Virus record (IMG/VR): IMGVR_UViG_3300049173_000073
Span: 1 to 28,243 of that record
Length of the DNA stretch: 28,243 bases
Origin: a virus
Taxonomy: Duplodnaviria; Caudoviricetes
Reading direction: 5' to 3' (one strand)
The position numbers and the translations under genes are program-made. Shown here one piece after another: positions 24,999-28,243 of this stretch. The notes beneath the pieces were generated by a model that saw only the letters and a program-made list of their open reading frames with translations, searched no databases and had not been told where the DNA came from. Position 1 is the first letter of the stretch, and the number at the start of each line of letters is the position of its first letter.

Positions 24999-25174
24999 CC
25001 ACCGTCGAGTGGCTGGTCTGGGGCGCCCTGGTCTGCCTCGTGTTCTGGGCGTACCAGGCCATCGACATTGCGCGGCACTGGCGGCGCGTCGTCTGCCGGA
25101 AGCCCGCCCCGCCGTACGTCCCGCACTGGGCACGACACGGCCACCTGCCACCGCACGGTCGGCACCGCCGGTAG
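24995..25174 (+). CDS. Small membrane protein
   Basis: ATGA overlap; N-terminal TM (WLVWGALVCLVFWAY); basic His-rich tail. Confidence 0.6.
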   Translation: MTTVEWLVWGALVCLVFWAYQAIDIARHWRRVVCRKPAPPYVPHWARHGHLPPHGRHRR

Positions 25175-25226
25175 CTCACCGGCCGCCCCGCCAAGCGCGG
25201 GGCGGCCCCACCGCACGGAGGACCAC

Positions 25227-25622
25227 ATGCCCAACCCCCTACGCCTCGCCCGAGCCCTCACCCTCGTCGCTCTCGCTCTCGCCGGATTCGCCAGCTACGC
25301 GGCATGGCACCAGCAGTGGATCGCCGTCGCCCTGCTCGGCTACGGCGCCGGAATCGCCTACCTCGGCTCACGCCTGGAGTACCGCGGACAGCGCCGGATC
25401 CGCGCCGAGGCCGCCCGCGCCGAGCGCATGGCCCGGCCGTACCACCCCGAGCCCCCACCGCTCACCCCGTGCTGCAACCTGTGGGTGCAGTCGCACGGTG
25501 GAGTGCACGACGGCCGGCGCTGCACCCGCCCGCTCGCCGCACGCAGCCAGCTGAGCACCGCCGAGCAGGACGCGTTCGCCGCGATCGCCCGCACCTTCGA
25601 CGAGACCCGGGACAGCGCATGA
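25227..25622 (+). CDS. Two-TM membrane protein with CC...H...H...C motif
   Basis: GGAGG RBS then ATG25227; two hydrophobic helices; PCCNLWVQSHGGVHDGRRC. Confidence 0.7.
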   Translation: MPNPLRLARALTLVALALAGFASYAAWHQQWIAVALLGYGAGIAYLGSRLEYRGQRRIRAEAARAERMARPYHPEPPPLTPCCNLWVQSHGGVHDGRRCTRPLAARSQLSTAEQDAFAAIARTFDETRDSA

Positions 25623-25873
25623 GCCAGCAGCGGCGGCACACAGCCAACAGCATCACGGACGACGACCTGGACGCCCTGTACGAGAACGCCAACAAGGGCT
25701 GGCGCCGCGGCGACGAGTGGAAGAAGCGGGCCCTGGCCGCCGAGGCCGCGGTGCAACGGGCCGAGGAGTTGGCCGCCCGGTGGAAGACGGCCAGGCCCGG
25801 ACACCCGCACCACGGCTTCGCCGTCGTGCTGCTCGAAGCCCTCGCTGAGCCCAAGGAGAGCACCACCCCGTGA
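25619..25873 (+). CDS. Hypothetical protein
   Basis: ATGA overlap; HTANSITDDDLDALY motif; helical. Confidence 0.65.
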   Translation: MSQQRRHTANSITDDDLDALYENANKGWRRGDEWKKRALAAEAAVQRAEELAARWKTARPGHPHHGFAVVLLEALAEPKESTTP

Positions 25874-26487
25874 CCTGCGAACTGTGCGGCAACGCGACCA
25901 GCGGCTACCTGTGCACCCAGCACAGCAAGCAGCTGGTCGCGCGGCTGGAAGAACTACCCGCCCTGTACGCCGAGGTCGGCGAGTGCCTCGTGCCCCGCCA
26001 GTCCAGCTGGGGTGAGATCGTCGCCACCAAGAGCGCGGCCGGCCCCCGCTCCCCCATCGACGAAGACGTACTGGACACGGTCAACTGGGGCCGCGCCGCC
26101 GAGGTCATGCGGCTGTGGCGGACCGACGTCCGCCGCGTCCGCTGGCCCCACCGCGGAACGCCACCTCCCGGGAGCCTCGCCGAGGACTGCCGATGGCTGG
26201 CCCGGGAAATCGACTGGATCGTGGCCAGCTACCCGGCGGCCGGCGACCTGGCGCGCGAGGTGCACGACTTGGAGCGGCAGGCCCGGTCAGTGGTCGGCGA
26301 CCCGGAGCCGCGGGTGCAGCGGCTTGGGCTGTGTGTGGCCGTCACCGACGACCAGGGGACGGTGTGCGGCGCGGTGCTTTCCCGTCTTCCGGGCGAGTCT
26401 CTTCGGTGCCGTTGGTGCGGGACGGGCTACGGGACGGAGGCGGAGATTCTCCGGCTGGCGCACTTTCAGCCCAAGAGCGTTGCCTAG
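25870..26487 (+). CDS. Cys-rich putative Zn-binding protein, possible late-gene regulator
   Basis: AAGGAG RBS; CELC...CTQH at the N-terminus and C...C...CRWC at the C-terminus. Confidence 0.7.
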   Translation: MTCELCGNATSGYLCTQHSKQLVARLEELPALYAEVGECLVPRQSSWGEIVATKSAAGPRSPIDEDVLDTVNWGRAAEVMRLWRTDVRRVRWPHRGTPPPGSLAEDCRWLAREIDWIVASYPAAGDLAREVHDLERQARSVVGDPEPRVQRLGLCVAVTDDQGTVCGAVLSRLPGESLRCRWCGTGYGTEAEILRLAHFQPKSVA

Positions 26488-26509
26488 AACACTAGGGTTC
26501 GGGTAGTCT
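26480..26509 (+). promoter_or_regulatory. Housekeeping-sigma-like leaderless promoter with an internal palindrome
   Basis: TTGCCT-18 nt-TAGTCT-7 nt-GTG26517; near-palindrome GAACACTAGGGTTC in the spacer. Confidence 0.65.
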
Positions 26510-26516
26510 GGCCTGT

Positions 26517-26765
26517 GTGCCAACGACCAATTGGCGCGAACGAGTTGATGCCGAAGACCGGCGACAGAAGCGACTGCTGAACCTGATCTCCGCCAGCGCC
26601 CGAAGACGAGCGGCAGCGCTCGAAGACGGCGTGAGAGAGCTGGGAAGCAAGACGGCGGTCGCCACGGTCCTCGGTGTCAGCCCGAGCGCAGTCCGACGAT
26701 CCATCCGCGAGCACGGGACCGGGACCCTACCCCCAACCGACAGCTCCCCGACCACAACCGAATAG
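26517..26765 (+). CDS. Small HTH DNA-binding protein
   Basis: GSKTAVATVLGVSPSAVRRSI HTH. Confidence 0.75.
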   Translation: MPTTNWRERVDAEDRRQKRLLNLISASARRRAAALEDGVRELGSKTAVATVLGVSPSAVRRSIREHGTGTLPPTDSSPTTTE

Positions 26766-26845
26766 GCCCGGAAAGCGGGCAGCCCCGGCAAGCCGACCCT
26801 ACCGGCCGCCGGGGACCACCACTTGATCAAGAGGAGTACACCCTC

Positions 26846-27259
26846 ATGACCCAGCGGAACCCTATCGCCCCCGTCCAGGGGGTGAACGCTCGCGTTGCCG
26901 AGCTGCACCAGTTGTGCGACGAGGACTACGCCAAGGGCCAGTACCAGCGCGCCATGGCGGTCAACCTGGCCCCGTCCTACGCGGCCATCAGTGTCGCCGC
27001 CTACGGCCCGGTCCCCGAGCCCACCAGCCTGGACACCGCTACCCGCGTTGCCCAGCGCATGCTCGACATCTACGGGGACAGCAGCCGTGACGGCTTCGAC
27101 TACGCCGAGGCGTACGGCGCCCAGCGCGAGGCCCTGCGCCTCCTGCTCCGCGCCCTGGGGGTCAAGACGCCTAAGGTCGTCGTGCCGACCTGCCCCAGGT
27201 GCGGTCGCACGTTCGAGGACTGCACCTGCACTGGGATCCACCCGGGCGGTGGCCAGTGA
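26846..27259 (+). CDS. Hypothetical protein with C-terminal Cys motif
   Basis: GAGGAG RBS; CPRCGRTFEDCTC. Confidence 0.75.
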   Translation: MTQRNPIAPVQGVNARVAELHQLCDEDYAKGQYQRAMAVNLAPSYAAISVAAYGPVPEPTSLDTATRVAQRMLDIYGDSSRDGFDYAEAYGAQREALRLLLRALGVKTPKVVVPTCPRCGRTFEDCTCTGIHPGGGQ

Positions 27260-27468
27260 CCGCGACACCCCTGCGCACCTACGACTACGGCGACCCGGTC
27301 CCGCTCGACGTGACCGACGAACTGCGCATGGCCGCCGAGGCGCTCACCGAGACCGCGACCTCCGACATCCACGACGTCGAGGACATGATCCGGTCTGCTG
27401 TGAAGCTGCGGTTCCGGCTCCGCAGCCTCGCCGCGGCCGTGAGCGCCGACAGGGGTGAGGGCCAGTGA
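27256..27468 (+). CDS. Small helical hypothetical protein
   Basis: GTGA overlaps at both ends; 70 aa (MTATPLRTYDYG...). Confidence 0.65.
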   Translation: MTATPLRTYDYGDPVPLDVTDELRMAAEALTETATSDIHDVEDMIRSAVKLRFRLRSLAAAVSADRGEGQ

Positions 27469-28243
27469 CCCGCATCCGCCGCCTGTTCGCTCGCTGGCTT
27501 CGGCGCACCGCCCCGACCACCAGCAACCGCGGCCCGGCCGCCCCGCTGTGGGTGCGCGGCCTCACCGCCGGCGGACGGCCCATCGTCCTCGGCGTCGCCC
27601 TCCTCATGTGCGCGCCCGGCGAATACCACCTCGCCGAGAACGCCGGATGGAACGACCCCTTCACCTACGGCATGCCGGTCGTCCTGTCCGCCTACGCGGG
27701 CATCGCGGCCGCCGTCGCCTCCACCCGCCGCACCGGCGACCGAGGACGCTGGTCCGCCATCATCGGCGCCTGCCTCGCACTCGGCCTCGCCATGGCCGCC
27801 CAGGTCGTCTCCCACCTCATCACCACCGGCCACGTCATCGCCGACCAGCCCGTCCTGATCGCCGTCACCTCGCTCGTCCCACCCGCCGTCGTCGGACACC
27901 TCCTGCACCTCGCGGCCAGCCCACCCGGGACGCGCCAGGACGCCCAAGACGCGTCCGCGTCCTCACCCGTCCCGAGCGTCCGCACCACCCCGGACGTCGT
28001 ACCCGCCGGAGCCCGTCTCCTGCCCCTCGTCCCGCGCCCCCGGCCCACCGTGACCCTGGAGCGCGAGGACTTCCAGGACACTGGCAGGACGCTGGAGTTG
28101 GACGCCGGGACGGGCGAGGACAGCGAGGACGGGCCCCCGCCCGAGCCGCCCCTGATGACGTCCAACGACGTCGCCCGGCACTACGGCATCGACCCGTCCA
28201 CCGTCCGCTCCTGGGTTGCCGTAGGACGCCTCACCGTCCACTC
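27465..28243 (+). CDS. SpdA/DUF2637-like multi-TM protein with C-terminal MerR/Xis-type HTH (runs off the window end; absent from the ORF track)
   Basis: Open frame from GTG27465: about 4 TM segments including GEYHLAENAGW and VTSLVPPAVVGHLLHL, a Pro-rich linker, then LMTSNDVARHYGIDPSTVRSWVAVGRL. Confidence 0.7.
   Translation, partial: MTRIRRLFARWLRRTAPTTSNRGPAAPLWVRGLTAGGRPIVLGVALLMCAPGEYHLAENAGWNDPFTYGMPVVLSAYAGIAAAVASTRRTGDRGRWSAIIGACLALGLAMAAQVVSHLITTGHVIADQPVLIAVTSLVPPAVVGHLLHLAASPPGTRQDAQDASASSPVPSVRTTPDVVPAGARLLPLVPRPRPTVTLEREDFQDTGRTLELDAGTGEDSEDGPPPEPPLMTSNDVARHYGIDPSTVRSWVAVGRLTVH

Larger units (their letters stand above)
1..28243. mobile_element. Temperate siphophage or phage-like integrative element of a Streptomyces-like actinomycete (partial)
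   Basis: Tail, lysis, att core, integrase, immunity and replication modules are contiguous; no host core genes; high-GC codon usage. Confidence 0.93.

Noticed and set aside
26485-26502. LexA/SOS box
   Set aside because: GAAC and GTTC are 6 nt apart rather than the 4 nt of the actinobacterial SOS box; treated as an element-specific operator

Overview
High-GC, Streptomyces-like temperate siphophage DNA fills the whole window, with no host housekeeping genes. From left to right: (1) a tail module with major tail protein, tail assembly chaperone carrying an in-frame -1 slippery site, 1344-aa tape measure, distal and minor tail proteins; (2) a lysis cassette of an amidase endolysin, a holin and two further membrane proteins, closed by a terminator; (3) an accessory block of a HAD phosphatase, an XRE-HTH/TPR-like regulator, a divergent TTA-containing Cys-rich fusion gene, a G8-frameshifted small gene, a small XRE gene and a hairpin-rich non-coding stretch; (4) the 3' half of tRNA-Lys(UUU) flanked on both sides by matching paired repeats, i.e. 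an apparently intact attP; (5) tyrosine integrase, a repressor/Cro switch with 18-bp operators, and an excisionase; (6) a Prim-Pol/DUF927-like primase, an iteron-rich candidate origin and an SF2 helicase; (7) small early genes; (8) a separately promoted block ending in a truncated SpdA/DUF2637-like membrane protein with a C-terminal HTH, resembling Streptomyces conjugative-element spread genes. The most notable points are the possible phage/conjugative-element hybrid and the HAD + XRE-TPR + TTA accessory module. All family calls come from manual motif recognition, not database searches.
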